This document shows positions 26,234 through 39,633 of a DNA stretch of 64,000 nt, piece after piece. Location: assembly GCA_951406725.2 (NCBI GenBank), contig OX597835.1:7254001-7318000 (forward strand). The letters are read 5' to 3'. Each line of letters begins with the position of its first letter. The first letter of the stretch is position 1. Source of the stretch: Octopus vulgaris. Lineage: Eukaryota. The notes below the pieces were generated by a model, which saw nothing but the letters and a program-made list of their open reading frames with translations, ran no database searches and was not told where the DNA came from. Made by a program: the position numbers and the translations under genes.

Positions 26234-27250
26234 TAGTTTTATTTTTATTTTTATAGCGTGCTTTCACTTCACTACCGAGCACAGCTCTGTGTGCCTTGGG
26301 TATGTGCTGTGATTTGTTGTGATGCTCTGATGGTTATTGTATGGAAAGTGTTCTGCGTAGGATGTGTGCAGTGCCCAGTAGTGCAATTTTCTGTATGTTA
26401 TATGTGTTTGTAAGTCCTGGTGTTTTTGTTATGTATTTGTCTGAATATTTTTTTATCATGCCTAATGCACCTACTATGATAGGAATTGTTTCTGTTTTCA
26501 GATTCCACATTCTAGTTACCTCTATTTCCAGGTCTTTGTATTTTGAGAGTTTCTCCATTTCTTTTAGAGACACGTTGTCATCTGCCGGTACTGATACATC
26601 AATTAGAAAGCATTTTTTTCTTCATGGTCTCTGACAACTATATCTGGTCTGTTGGCCTTAATTTCTCTATCTGTGTGTATCGGCATATCCCAGAGTATGG
26701 TTGCTTTCTCGTTTTCTGTGACCTTTTCTGGTGTGTGCCTATACCATCTTTTTTCTGTTGTTATTCCATAATGTTGGCATAGCTTCCAATGTATGTAAGT
26801 TCCAACTCTGTCATGTCTGTGAATATATTCCTTCTTAGCCAGGACTGGGCAGCTAGAGATAATATGATTTATTGTTTCTTGTCCATCTCCACATATTCTG
26901 CAGTTACTTGTAATATTTCTTTTCATTACATGTTTTTGGTAATTTCTGGTGGGGAGGCTTTGGTCTTGTGCTGCAATTAAAAATCCCTCTGTTTCTGCTT
27001 TGAGTCCTGAGCTTCTCAACCATTGCTGGGATTTTTCTTTGTCTATTTCTTTTGCGTTTAGTTTAGTCCAGTATTTACCATGAAGGGGCTTTTCTTGCCA
27101 TCGTTTTATCATGGTTCTTTGCTGTTCTATTTTTAGTTTGGATTTCATTTTTTTTATAGCTTTTGTTGTTTCTTCATCTTCTTCTTCTTCTTCATGTTTA
27201 TTAGGTGGTATGATTTCTTGTTTGTATTTGTCAGCTTCCTTAAATACTGA
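26231..27250 (-). mobile_element. R4/Dong-type non-LTR retrotransposon, 5'-truncated
   Basis: CRICGDGQETINHIISSC zinc finger, RHD motif, NRPDIV and EKLSKYKDL restriction-like endonuclease motifs, GALG; flanked by (TAA)n. Confidence 0.9.
26334..27148 (-). pseudogene. zinc finger + RLE endonuclease coding remnant
   Basis: ORFs 26603-27148 and 26334-26573 join through one frameshift at a homopolymer run near 26615. Confidence 0.85.
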
Positions 27251-27279
27251 GATTTAAGTATATTAAGTATATTAAGTAT

Positions 27280-27295
27280 ATTATAATAATAATAC

Positions 27296-27339
<44 letters not shown>

Positions 27340-27365
27340 ATTATTATTCTCATTATTATTATTAC

Positions 27366-27417
<52 letters not shown>

Positions 27418-27440
27418 GGTACTATTATTATTATTATTAT

Positions 27441-27473
<33 letters not shown>

Positions 27474-27570
27474 TATTACTATTATTATTATTATTATCAT
27501 TATTATTATTATTATTATTATTACTATTATTATTATTATTATTATCATCATCATCATCATCATTATTATT

Positions 27571-27638
<68 letters not shown>

Positions 27639-27643
27639 CATCG

Positions 27644-27701
<58 letters not shown>

Positions 27702-27726
27702 CATTATTATCATTACTATTATTATT
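27280..27726. repeat. (TTA/TCA)n microsatellite
   Basis: direct reading. Confidence 0.95.
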
Positions 27727-27973
27727 TTCGTTTCTGATTATCAATAAGACTAATTAATCCATTATACTCTTACAGTGACACCTCAAACTGCATATCCAAA
27801 CATTCTGATTGAGCAGAATATATTTCCTGCCCGAAGGCTATGAGAATATTAGGAACGCGTTTCAACCAGTTTTCACTCAACCTAATCAAGGAGTCTAACG
27901 AATAAATTCTTCACAGTCTTATATATAAAGTTATATTAGTAAATGAATAAATAAGTGTCTATATTACAAAAAC

Positions 27974-28052
<79 letters not shown>

Positions 28053-28083
28053 TAATAATGATAATAATAATAATAATAATAAC

Positions 28084-28181
<98 letters not shown>

Positions 28182-28201
28182 TAATAATAATAATAATAAT
28201 G

Positions 28202-28244
<43 letters not shown>

Positions 28245-28273
28245 TAATAATAATAATAATAATGATAATAATG

Positions 28274-28334
<61 letters not shown>
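27974..28334. repeat. (TAA/TGA)n microsatellite
   Basis: direct reading. Confidence 0.95.
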
Positions 28335-28336
<2 letters not shown>

Positions 28337-28946
28337 CATATAGTATATTACCAGCCAATGTGTGCCACTAGCCCATAAGGAATGTAAAAGACGCCACGGC
28401 AATATAGCAAGGCTTGTCCATTGGACACTTTGCAACAAGTATGGACTTGAGAAAGAAAAAATTGGTACGACCACAAACCCGAAAGCATCATCGAAAATGA
28501 TAAAGCGAAGATTCTGTGGAATTTTATGATTCAGTGCGACCATGAGGTAAAGAAAAGTAAGCCAGACACAGTCTTAATTGAGAAAGAAAGCCAGCTATGT
28601 TGGATCATAGATATAGCATGCCCAGCTGCCAACAAGTTATGAGATAAGGAAGAAAGAAAAGTCGATAGGTATGACAGGTTAGCTTGGGAGGTAAAGCAGC
28701 TGTGGTCGATGAAAAAGGTGGTAGTAGTACCAACAATTGTACAGTGAGTAAAATTCTCGAGAAGTACATGGAACAAATGGGATGGTGGTGCAATAATTGT
28801 GGAGCACTTGCAGAAAACAGCACTGCTTGGAACTGGTCGAATACTCGGAAGGTGCTCGAAAAAAATAAGAGGTGTCACCTTAGTTCACTGGCAGTGAACA
28901 GCCGACACTGTAGTACATCTCCAGCGTTAGAAGCTGTGCAGAGGCA
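28335..28946 (+). mobile_element. second R4/Dong-type LINE fragment (different family)
   Basis: frameshifted KRRHGNIARLVHWTLCNKYGL, KPDTVLIEK, IIDIACP, YDRLAWEVKQLWSMKKVVVVP, LQKTALLGT; (TAA)n on both sides. Confidence 0.85.
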
Positions 28947-28970
28947 ATAATAATAATAACAATAATAATG

Positions 28971-29024
<54 letters not shown>

Positions 29025-29027
<3 letters not shown>

Positions 29028-29491
29028 GACCAAAACAATAAAGTTTGCTTATTGATCGACATGACCATCCCCTGTGATCATAATATCTCAGCGAAAGAGT
29101 TTGACAAGCTCAGAAAATATAAAGACCTGCTCATTGAAATTGAGTAAATGTGGCATCTCAAGGCGGTTACAATACCAGTGATCGTAGGAGCACTTGGAAT
29201 GATCAAGAAGGGAACCGAAAATTATATGAGAATGATCCCTGGCTTACCATCCCTGCAAGAAGTGCAAAAGATTGTCTTAACTGGTACATCACACGTATTG
29301 AGAAGAGCATTGTCGATGTGAGAACTGTTGCTGCTCATGTATTTTAATTTAACTTAAAAAAAAAAAAAAAAATGAACGAACTATTGAGTTGGGTTTAATG
29401 GCCTACCAATGTATACTATGAGTTTCTTTGCCCTAGGAGTCGGGAAGACACTCGGCAAGAAATGGAAGTAAATTTGAAACAAGAAAAAAAT

Positions 29492-29492
<1 letters not shown>
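29025..29492 (+). mobile_element. third R4/Dong-type LINE 3' fragment
   Basis: LLIDMTIPCD...KLRKYKDLLIEIE*MWHLKAVTIPVIVGALG...LRRALSM plus 3' UTR; (TAA)n flanks. Confidence 0.85.
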
Positions 29493-29539
<47 letters not shown>

Positions 29540-29803
29540 TTGATCATGATGATGATGAGGATGGTGAGGAGAAGGAGGAGATTAAATGATAAGATGGATC
29601 CTAAGTTTCTACAGGAACTTTCTTTCATCAATTTTGGAAAAAGATGAAATGCAAAGCTGACCTCGACAAGTAATTAGAATATATATTGGCAACAACAACA
29701 ACAACAACATCAACAAAAGCAACGAAATCATTCATAGCGTTCGATTGGCCTAGTGACCTGGTTTCTTAGCTTCTCCATCAAAACTAGATAAAAGATCGAT
29801 AAG

Positions 29804-30093
29804 TCATCATCATAATGATCATGATCACTATCATCTCTATCGTTATCGTCGTCGTCATCATCATCACCATCATCATCATCGTCATCATCATCGTTATCAA
29901 CATCATCATCACCATCACTATCATCATCATCATCAGCAGCAGCAGCAGTACCATCACCATCATTATCATCATCTTCATTGTCGTCATCGTAATCGTCATC
30001 ATCATCATCATCATTGTCATCACCGTCATTACCGTCATCATGGCCATCATCTTCATCACCATCTCTGTCGTTATTACCACCACCACCACCACC

Positions 30094-30127
<34 letters not shown>

Positions 30128-30231
30128 TCATTATCATCATCATCAACATCATTATCATTACCGTCATCACCGCGATCATCTTCATCATCATTATCGTCAC
30201 CACCACCACCACCACCACCACCATCACCACC

Positions 30232-30290
<59 letters not shown>

Positions 30291-30428
30291 TATCATTACC
30301 GTCATCACCGTGATCATCTTCATCATCATTGTCGTCACCACCACCACCACCACCACCACCGCCACCACCACCACCATCATCACCATCATCATCATCATCA
30401 TCATCATCATCGTCGTCATCATCATCGT
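29804..30428. repeat. (CAT/CAC)n array with ~130-140 bp higher-order period
   Basis: attaccgtcatca recurs at 30028, 30157 and 30295. Confidence 0.9.
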
Positions 30429-30703
30429 GATCTCAATCCGAAAAAGCATTATCCTTATCTGTAACTACGTTTTCGCGGTGTCATAACCTGTTCACATTAT
30501 TCCGCTGATTCGCAAGATGAAACGATAAATCTTTCGCATCCAAATTACGTTCGACTAATATGTTGCCGGAGTCTCCAAAATATATCAAGCGACATTGCTA
30601 TGGCTTGCTGTCCAGCCCGTGGACAGTGAGCAGTGAGATAGGCAGAATATCTGCATTAATCTCCTCTCTTGCGCTTACTCACAAGATCTTTGAGCTCTTA
30701 TCA

Positions 30704-31651
30704 GTGGCCAACGGTAGAATCGTTAGCACGCTAGGCGAAATACTTAGCGGTATTTCGTCTGCCGATACGTTCTGAGTTCAAATTCCGCCGAAATCGACTT
30801 TGCCTTTCATCCTTTCGGAGTCGATTAAATAAGTACCAGTTACGCACTGGAGTCGATATAATCGACTTAACCCGTTTGTCTGTCCTTGTTTGTCCCCTCT
30901 ATGTATAGCCCCTTCTGGGCAGTAAAGAAATAGGTATGAACCATCAACATAATCCTGATAAGACATTCTCCTCGTAAATATATTCCAAGTTTTTAAGGCG
31001 GTCAGCTGCCAGAATCGTCAGGAAGCCGGACAAAATGCTTTTCGGCGTTTCGTCCGTCTTTGCGTTTTGAGTTCAAATTCCACCGAAATCGACTTTACCT
31101 TTCATCCTTTTGGGGTCGATAAATTAAGTACCAGTTGATCACTGACAGCGCAAAATTACTGGCCTTGTCCCAAAATTTGAAACCAGTATATTCCAGATTT
31201 AGAGCGGCGAGCTGGCAGAATGGTTAGCACGCCAGACAAAATACTGAACAGCATTTCATGCGTCTTTACGTTCTGAGTTCAAATTCCGCCGGGCTCTACT
31301 TTGCTTTTCATCATTTCGGGGTCGATAAAATAAGTACCAGTTAACAACTGGGGTCGATGTAATCGACTTATTCCTTCCCTCGAAATTGCTGGCCTTGTGC
31401 CAAAATATGAAATCAACATTAGAAGATAAAAAGTCGACGAGCTGGCATAATTATTAGCACGCCGACAAATTGCTTAGCGGCATTTCGTCCGTCTTTTCTC
31501 CTGAGTTCAAATTTCGCACAGGTCGACTTTGCCTTTCATCCTTTCGGGATCGACAAAAAAAAAGTACTGGATTAGTGTATTACCTCGTCGATGCAATCCA
31601 CTATCTCCCACCCTCAAAGATTCCGCCCTTCTGCCGAAATTTGGAATCAAT
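30704..31651 (+). mobile_element. four head-to-tail SINE family N copies
   Basis: copies at about 30704-30935, 30996-31186, 31203-31415 and 31432-31651, each with gagttcaaatt and the Nin-like core. Confidence 0.9.
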
Positions 31652-31689
31652 ATATTCCAGGTTTCGACTCCATAGATTCCAATCTAAAA

Positions 31690-32765
31690 ATGCCCTGAGG
31701 AAGACAAGCATTAAGAATCGTGATAATGGAACGAAAAGCGAAGAAACATTACAATTCGTAGCAGGTTTGAATGATTTAAGAATAGAATTCTGCTGCGTAA
31801 TGTAAAGATTTGCAGAAAGTCATTCGGTGCTGATCAAGAATCTGCAACAAATCCAAAATATCTAGCTCTTTCTGAAGAAAATTATCGAAGAAGGCGGATA
31901 TATTGATCCACAAATATTTAAACTAGAAAACACCGGATTATTTTGGAAAAGAATAACCTGAATAAGTTAGATTCCTAAAGATGAAAACAAAATTTTAACC
32001 AAAATTTTAAAGTGTAACTCGTTTGACTATTTTATTTTCGAAGAATTCAGTTGGAGTTTTCGAGTTAAAAATCAATGTTTGAATTCCGTCATTCAAAATA
32101 TTTACATTTACTCAATGTCTACAAGTACCGATAAATTCTGATATTTTGGCTGCCAATACAAAACTAATTCTTGGGCGACCAAATGTCTTTACGAAGAATG
32201 TTTTTCTACGTATTATTAACCGGTTGTCGAAAAAATATTATAAGCAAAATAATAATGCCCTTAAATATTTCGTTGGCATGGTTTGTAAGATTCTTGATAC
32301 TAATTCGTATATTGAATCATATTTTGTTGTATTTTGGGAGGGTCATTATGTCAATAATAAAAACACGCACTGGTTTAATTTTGCTTGTTTATTATTTGCC
32401 TGAATGAAATAGACCCGAAGCTGACCTGGAGTATTTCATTGAAGAGACTGCAAATGGTGAGGAAAGGACTCGGGTAAACACAACTGATTGATGGATTAAC
32501 CGAAAGATTAATCAAACAATTAATTCATTAGTTTAATTAAACAGCTAACCAATTGACGAAAAATCATAAAGGAGTCAAAGTGAATCAGTGCGTGTGTTTA
32601 TTACTGGCATAATGACCCTCCCGTGAAGCAACATAAAATACATCGAAACCATTACGAATTTATTGTAGATAATACACCCAGTCATCCAACTACACGCAAC
32701 TATTTTTGTGTGAAAATATAGGCCATCTTTTTTACTGCTGAATACGGCAGCATTATTACAAGTAA
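31690..32765 (+). mobile_element. pogo/Tigger transposase remnant, interrupted
   Basis: ADQESA...LKKIIEEGGYIDPQIFKLENTGLFWKR, IVDNTPSHP and FLLLNTAALLQ match Tigger N.DETGL.W, DNA..H and FLP.NTT..LQP motifs. Confidence 0.8.
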
Positions 32766-32767
32766 TA

Positions 32768-33390
32768 AAGTGGGTTGCAGAATCTTTAAGGTATCGGAAA
32801 AAATTCCTCGCAGTATTTGTTCCGACTCATTACGCCCTGAGTTCAAATCCCGCCGCAATCAGTTATGCCTTTCCTTTCTCTAGGACCATTAAAATGGAAT
32901 GCCACCTAAGATCTGCGGGCGATGGTTTCGACTGACTTTTAACAAATTCTGTCTAAACTTCGGCCAAAATTTTAACCAAACTTGGTGAATTAGTAGAATG
33001 GTCAGAGAAAAATATTTTACAATATTTTTTTCTGGCTCTTTTCGTCCTGAGTTCAAATCACACCGAGACCAAGTATGCTTTTCATTACTACGGGTCGATA
33101 AAATAAGGTACCATGAAAATACTGGGGTCGATATAATCGATTAACGCCCTTCCCTTTAAATTTAGTGAACTTATACCTAAATCTGTCACAAATTTTGGCA
33201 CAAGGCCAACAATTTTTGGGGAGAGGTTCAGATAATATCGACCTCAATGTTCGATGGGTACCTAATTTATCGAACTCGAAGGGTTGAAAGGTAAAGTTAA
33301 CATCGGCGGAATTTGAACTCTCAACACGAGGTTGGGTGAAATGCCGCCAAGCATGTTGTCCAGTGTTATAACGATTCTTTAAGCTCCATT
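32768..33390. mobile_element. three diverged SINE family N copies (two plus, one minus)
   Basis: ctgagttcaaatc at ~32838 and ~33047; ggcggaatttgaactc at ~33305. Confidence 0.7.
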
Positions 33391-33846
33391 CCTTGAATCT
33401 GTACTTAAAGTGGAAATAATTATCAGAGCCAAAAGATCAAACTATGATTACGTTTAACGTCAGCAAAATTCTGAAAATTTTTACACATGCAACAACACAA
33501 ATAATGGGAAGTAGGATGGTTGCCAGGGAGAAACACTAGTGCCACCTGGGAATTCTTGTTACAGAAATGCTAAAAGGATTTTGAAGGAGATTTTTTTTCT
33601 CAAGCACCGGCTGCTTTTGAAGAAGTAACAGGTGTGGGGCAAAAAATTTGTTTATGATACAGTTGAATCTTCAAATGTATATGAATTACTCAAATCGCAT
33701 ACCATAGACTGATTTAATTCTTTCTACAGTAGGCACAAGGCTTCAGGTGTTTTCGCTCAATAAACACTCACAACGCCCGGTCTGGGAAACGAAACCGCGA
33801 TCCTACGACCTACACGCATGAATATATATACATACAAATATATATA

Positions 33847-34236
33847 TCTTTATATATAAAAGAGAAGTTGTGTGTCTGTCTCCTACGATTTAGATTCCTA
33901 ACTACTCCCACATTTTGCGGTGCAGTGTAACGAAAAGCGGGTATCTTATAGTCGTGATTCATATCGAGCCCTTCTGGGTATTAGCGCGCGTCTACGATGA
34001 GTCTACGATTTAAAAAATAATTTAACATCATTTTTTCCATTTTAATGCATTTTTTTCGCTAAGGGAAGTAACTCTCTAAAAATGTCTACGATGGGTCAAC
34101 GATTTAAAAAAAAATTACCATGAATTATTTTCCATGTTTAATGCATTTTTTTGCTATTTTGGGGCTATAACTCTCTAAAAATGCTTATATAGTTATTTCC
34201 CTTACAAACCCGAGCAACGCCGGGCGATACTGCTAG
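33847..34236 (+). mobile_element. non-autonomous Helitron
   Basis: 5' TC after A, 3' hairpin cccgagcaacgccggg then CTAG before T; internal ~100-bp tandem duplication. Confidence 0.85.
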
Positions 34237-34249
34237 TATATATATATAT

Positions 34250-34386
34250 ACGACGGACTTCTTTCAGTTTGCTTCTACCAAATCTATTGTAGAAGACACT
34301 TGCCCCGGGTGCAACGCAGTGGGATTCTACCCGGAACCATTCAGTTGAAAAGCAAGCTTCTTACCACACAAACACGCCTACGCCTA
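34250..34386 (-). mobile_element. SINE family M, 5' part
   Basis: agaagacacttgccc...cttaccacac. Confidence 0.75.
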
Positions 34387-34813
34387 TATTCGTTAGTATG
34401 AACTATTGTTTTCCAAAATGAGGTGTAAATTATCTCGTCGAAATCATTACACTGCACCTAGTAAAAATAATGAGGACCTTATGGTCATTTCAATAATTAA
34501 AAAAAACTAAATACAAAGCATGAATCGGAAACAATGCAACACCAGAAGATATCTCTGTCTCAAATCATTAACCGTAATGAATCCGTAATTTGAAAATAAT
34601 GAACAATTTCTAATTATTAATTTTTTTAATTATCTAAATAATGAAATTTAAAAAAAATTATTAACGCTTTTCGCTTCGTCTTTAATATATTACACTGAAT
34701 GTAAAGGAACGCCGTTTAAAACGAAACGAAGAACATTTCAGTGTTTCCTTTATATTTTTTCAATTCACCTTGACGTCTTTCATTAAGACCTTCACTCCAA
34801 GGGTATACATACA

Positions 34814-34852
<39 letters not shown>

Positions 34853-35379
34853 TCACATTTTATATACGACGGACGTCTTTCACTTTCCGTCTACCAATTC
34901 CGTCTACCAATTCCGACTACCAATTCTACCAATTCTTTGTCAGCCCAACGCTATATTAGAAGACACTTACCCAAGGTGTCTTTTATTCGATTTTTCAATA
35001 AGATTTCAAGCCTATCTTTATTTCCACCAGGGTCCCTTCTTTTGTCGTATGATGGCTTATATATTCCTATGACCTTGAGATTTATGCGAGGGCGAGCAGA
35101 AGTTCCTTGTAGAGCCTGATATGCTGGTTAAATACAATAGAGATCAGATTAATACGGTAGAAAAAACCCTTCTAGAATCATCGCAGCTACCTCCAAAAGC
35201 CCACCAACTTTTCTCAAAGTAATCTACATTTGAATTACATACAATCGGAAAGTAAGCGTACTTCTATTAATTTCAATAGTAACACCTATCCTATCGATTT
35301 TAAATCGATATTTAATTTTAAAAAAAAACGCTGCGCATATATATAGATACTTGCACCCGCAGTTCCCTAAAATCTCTTA

Positions 35380-35755
35380 CAAATTTTGGCCAAGGCCAGA
35401 AAACCGGAGTAGAGGGCGAGTCGATTACTGTAGGATGAGAGTGCCTGGCGACATTTGGACTCAGGACATAAAGTCGGACGGAATGCCCTTAAGCACACTA
35501 ACCATTCTGTCGCCTCACCACCTTTATTCTTTTCTAATATTGATTTCAAATTTTGGCACATGGCCAGAAATTCCTGGGTCGGGAGCGAGTCGGTTACATC
35601 GACCTCACTGTTCAACTGATACTTATTTTATCGATCCCGATAATTGATAGGCAAAGTCGACCCCAGCGGAATTTGAACCCATAACGCAAAAAGGGATGAA
35701 ATGCCGCTAAACATTTTTGGCTCGGCGCAGTAACGATTCTGTCAGCTCCCCGCTT
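35380..35755 (-). mobile_element. two diverged SINE family N copies
   Basis: aaattttggc starts; ggcaaagtcgacc..gcggaatttgaac. Confidence 0.7.
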
Positions 35756-36721
35756 TAGTTTGCCTTCAGACATTAGTACTTCCAAACGCAACATCTCAAA
35801 CCCACATTTATACATGAGATTGCTTACTTGCAAAGGAGAGTTTTTGCCTTTCAAACTGTCCGTATGTAACGACAAATTCCTTCGAAATTTCTTTTAGTAT
35901 AATTCCATAGGCATCCATCTGCATGATACATGTCTTCCATTAGCTTCGTACATTTCCGCAAACACAACACGGTCAAATACAACGATGAGAGCCATAATCT
36001 TGCAAAAACGTAATTGCATTTCGTCGCATTTCCTGCTAATCAATCTACCTCTTTTCAATTTACATTCAATACACTTGGCTACTTTAACAGTTATCTTCTG
36101 CAAACGTTAAATATGAAAGGTGTACCATACTTAAAATATAGAAAGTGTCAACCTTACACGAAATATCTTCTCATATCTTGCTGTTATTCTCTTATCCAGG
36201 CCTAATTGCTTTTAAAACGGAAGACTTCTTCCAAAAATAATTTCATTTGTTTTCTTATCATTTAATTTTTAATTTTTAATAATTATATTTAAAGAAAAAC
36301 ACATTTTTTCTGAGCGATATTTTCCAGAATATTTGTACTTTAACATGAGCCCCAAGGAAATAAAAAAGCATTAACAGCTGTTTCCTAAATTTCCTTTTTA
36401 TGGCATATTTTAATTGGTTTGGAAGTAATAACCATGTTTTAAATGTGATTTTAGGAAATTCGAATAGTGCGATTTCTATTAGTGCGTGCTATTATATACA
36501 CTTATATGCGTACTTATATATATATATATATATATATACTCACATTAAATAAAGATGTATTGCTACAGTTATTAATGATATTAATCAGGTAATAATAAGG
36601 TCACCAGTAAGTTCTCTCCATTACAGGTAAAATATAAGGCATGTATGTGTAGAGAGATAGAGAAAGATATAGATACAGATATATATACACACACACACAT
36701 ATACATATACATATGTATGTG

Positions 36722-36753
<32 letters not shown>

Positions 36754-37439
36754 TATACATACATATATATATATATATACATGCATATATATATACATAC
36801 ATACGTACATAAATCAACGATGAGATACTACACAGTTTTCATCTCAAATTCACACACAAAGCATTGGTCGGCTCATACCTATCATAGAAGACACTCAACA
36901 GAGCGCTTAACAGTCTTGAACCCGAAGCCTTCTGAACTTCTTTACCATACATTGATGTATGCACTTAGAAGATATTTTTTCTTTTGTTCTTATCTTTTTT
37001 TCCTTTTTTTTTAACCTTTTATTGTTGAAGTTCTGATTTGTGAACATGTAGTTCAAAATGGCCGTTTATTATTATTTTTTCTTCTTCGACTCCACAGATT
37101 TACGCAAGAAATAACTCGATACATGAACAAAACGTGAACTCGTCTAAAACTCATGAAGCAACGCCTATTGAAAGCCTCGATTGTAATCGATATTATGTCA
37201 GGTATATCATATATCATATATTACGTAACCGCACAGAAATTATTGATCTTTGATACATAAGTATTTGTCGCTGAAAGAAATGCAGTTCTTGCTCTTTTAT
37301 TCTTTTCGGTGGTTCCATCGATGCTGCTTCGACGCCATGTCACTTCGCCTTCGTGACCGACCTATTCCTCTTATACGCATGCGCGTCATTTCAAATTTCC
37401 TCCTCTCCATCTCTTCTCAAAGACACACAGACAGACACC

Positions 37440-37614
37440 TTTCATCTTTTACTTTATTGTTTTATGTCGTTTATCGTTACTTGTTTCAGTCATTAGACTG
37501 CGGCCATGCTGGGGGCAGCACCTTGATGAAATTTAGTCCAATGAATCGACCCCGGTTACTTATTATAGTTTTTTAAGCTTGGTACGTATTCTAGGCGCGC
37601 ACACACACACATGC

Positions 37615-37702
<88 letters not shown>

Positions 37703-37830
37703 GATAATTCTTTTGTGTGAGTATGTACGTCTACAAATCTCCACTAGCAAGGTTTCGGTTAGGTCGAAGTTACAATAGAAGGCACCTGCTCGGGGTGCCA
37801 TGCAGTGGGACTGAACACTGAACCATGCGG
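37440..37830 (-). mobile_element. SINE family M, diverged
   Basis: ttgtttcagtcattagactgcggccatgc ... cagtgggactgaac. Confidence 0.75.
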
Positions 37831-37836
37831 TATATA

Positions 37837-38213
37837 CACTACCGTCAGAAATTAATTAGCACCCTTGATTTGCTCTTCACTCAAGGTATGTGCTGTCACC
37901 TAGTGGCCATATCTCGAACTATTGCTTTGTTGCGAGTTCACTGTTGCGCAGAACGATTACGTAACTTTGTTTGCAGAGCAGTTTGAGAGTCTACAGCCTT
38001 ATGATGTTGACATAGCAGTGCAACAACAACTTGGAGTGCGGATGCAGAAAAATCTTCCTTTGTTTAATAGATATAGGTAGCGCCTCGCAAGGACCGAAAT
38101 AACACCATACTAAGTTTTCTCATCGCGTAAGACGTTTTGAACAGCTCATAGGTTAATTGATTTAACCTATTTAATGTAGAAATTTGAGAAGTGCTAATTA
38201 ATTTCTGACGCAA

Positions 38214-38216
<3 letters not shown>
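37837..38216. mobile_element. Tc1/mariner MITE
   Basis: 26-bp TIRs cactaccgtcagaaattaattagcac / gtgctaattaatttctgacgcaagtg (2 mismatches), TA on both sides. Confidence 0.9.
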
Positions 38217-38252
<36 letters not shown>

Positions 38253-38446
38253 AAGTTGAATGATTGTAATAATGGTGAAAAAATATCAATGTTAATTTAT
38301 TGATGCATTTGGGCAAGAGTATGTCTGTATTATCAGACAATTTCAAAAAAAAAAGTGCGTAACAAACAATACAAAGTTCTGCCAAACTTCGGTACAAATT
38401 CTTCATGGTACAAAACGTGTCTTACTTTTTACACAGTCTGATTACT

Positions 38447-38896
38447 CTTTCACTCTTTTACTCTTTTACTCTTTTACTCTTTTACTCTTTTACTTGTTTC
38501 AGTCATTTGACTGCGGCCATGCTGCAGCACCGCCTTTAATCGAGCAACTCGACCCCGGGACTTATACTTTTGTAAGCCCAGTACTTATTCTATCGGTCTC
38601 TTTTTGCCGAACCGCTAGGTGACGTGGACATAAACACACCAGCATGGGTTGTCAAGCAATGCTAGGTGGACAAACACAGACACACAAACACACACACGCA
38701 TATATATATATATATATATATACATATATACGACGGGCTTCTTTCAGTTTCCTTCTACCAAATCCACTCACAAGGCTTTGGTTGGCCCGAGGCTATAGTA
38801 GAAAACACTTGCCCAAGGTGCCACGCAGTGGGACTGAACCCTGAACCATATGGTTAGTTAAACAAGCTACTTACCACACAGCCACTCCTGCGCCTA
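38447..38896 (-). mobile_element. SINE family M, full length
   Basis: head aggcgcaggagtggctgtgtggtaag; tail (taaaagag)n. Confidence 0.9.
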
Positions 38897-38974
38897 CAAT
38901 AAATTTGTCTCTATTCTCACTCTTCCTTTCACCAGTAAATATTCTGTTTTCCTAAACTTGCTTTAACACACACA

Positions 38975-39014
<40 letters not shown>

Positions 39015-39064
39015 GCATACATACACACACGCCCGACCGCACACACACACATATATATATTTAT

Positions 39065-39226
39065 ACGACGGGTTTCTTTCAGTTTCTGTCTATCAAATCC
39101 ACTTTACAAGGCTTTGGTCAGCCCGAGGCTATCCTAGAAGATACTTTCCCAAGGTGCCACGCAGTGGTACTGAACCTGGAACCATGAGGCTGGGAAGCAA
39201 GCTTCTTACCACCACACCGCCATGCC
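39065..39226 (-). mobile_element. SINE family M, 5' half
   Basis: acgacggg..ctttcagtttc...cttaccac. Confidence 0.8.
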
Positions 39227-39342
39227 CGGGTCTATGTGCATTGTTACTTTATTTTAGTTCCTTGTGTAGTATTTCTCGTATTGTTCGGTGGATTTGGAGA
39301 TGGGTTGTAACGTGCATACCTTATATATTAATACTCACTGTC

Positions 39343-39511
39343 GGCGCACGGACAAAATGCTTAGCGGCATTTCGTCCGTCTTCACCATCTGATTTCAAAC
39401 GGCGCAGAGGCCAGTTTTGCCTGTCCACCTCTCTGGGTACCACTAAGGTCGATGTAACTGACTTAAACCCTCTCCTGAAATTGCTGGCCTTGTGCCAAAA
39501 CTTGAAATCAA
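39343..39511 (+). mobile_element. SINE family N, diverged
   Basis: aaatgcttagcggcatttcgtc ... ttgctggccttgtgccaaaa. Confidence 0.7.
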
Positions 39512-39549
39512 TATATGCATATGTATATATATATATGTGTATATATATA

Positions 39550-39629
<80 letters not shown>

Positions 39630-39633
<4 letters not shown>

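Noticed and set aside
30704-31651. Repeat-spacer pattern resembling a CRISPR array
   Set aside because: Units are ~200-bp diverged SINEs in eukaryotic DNA; no cas genes
35898-36009. Possible exon between ttttag and gtaatt
   Set aside because: The one open frame gives no recognisable peptide and the splice signals are ordinary for AT-rich DNA
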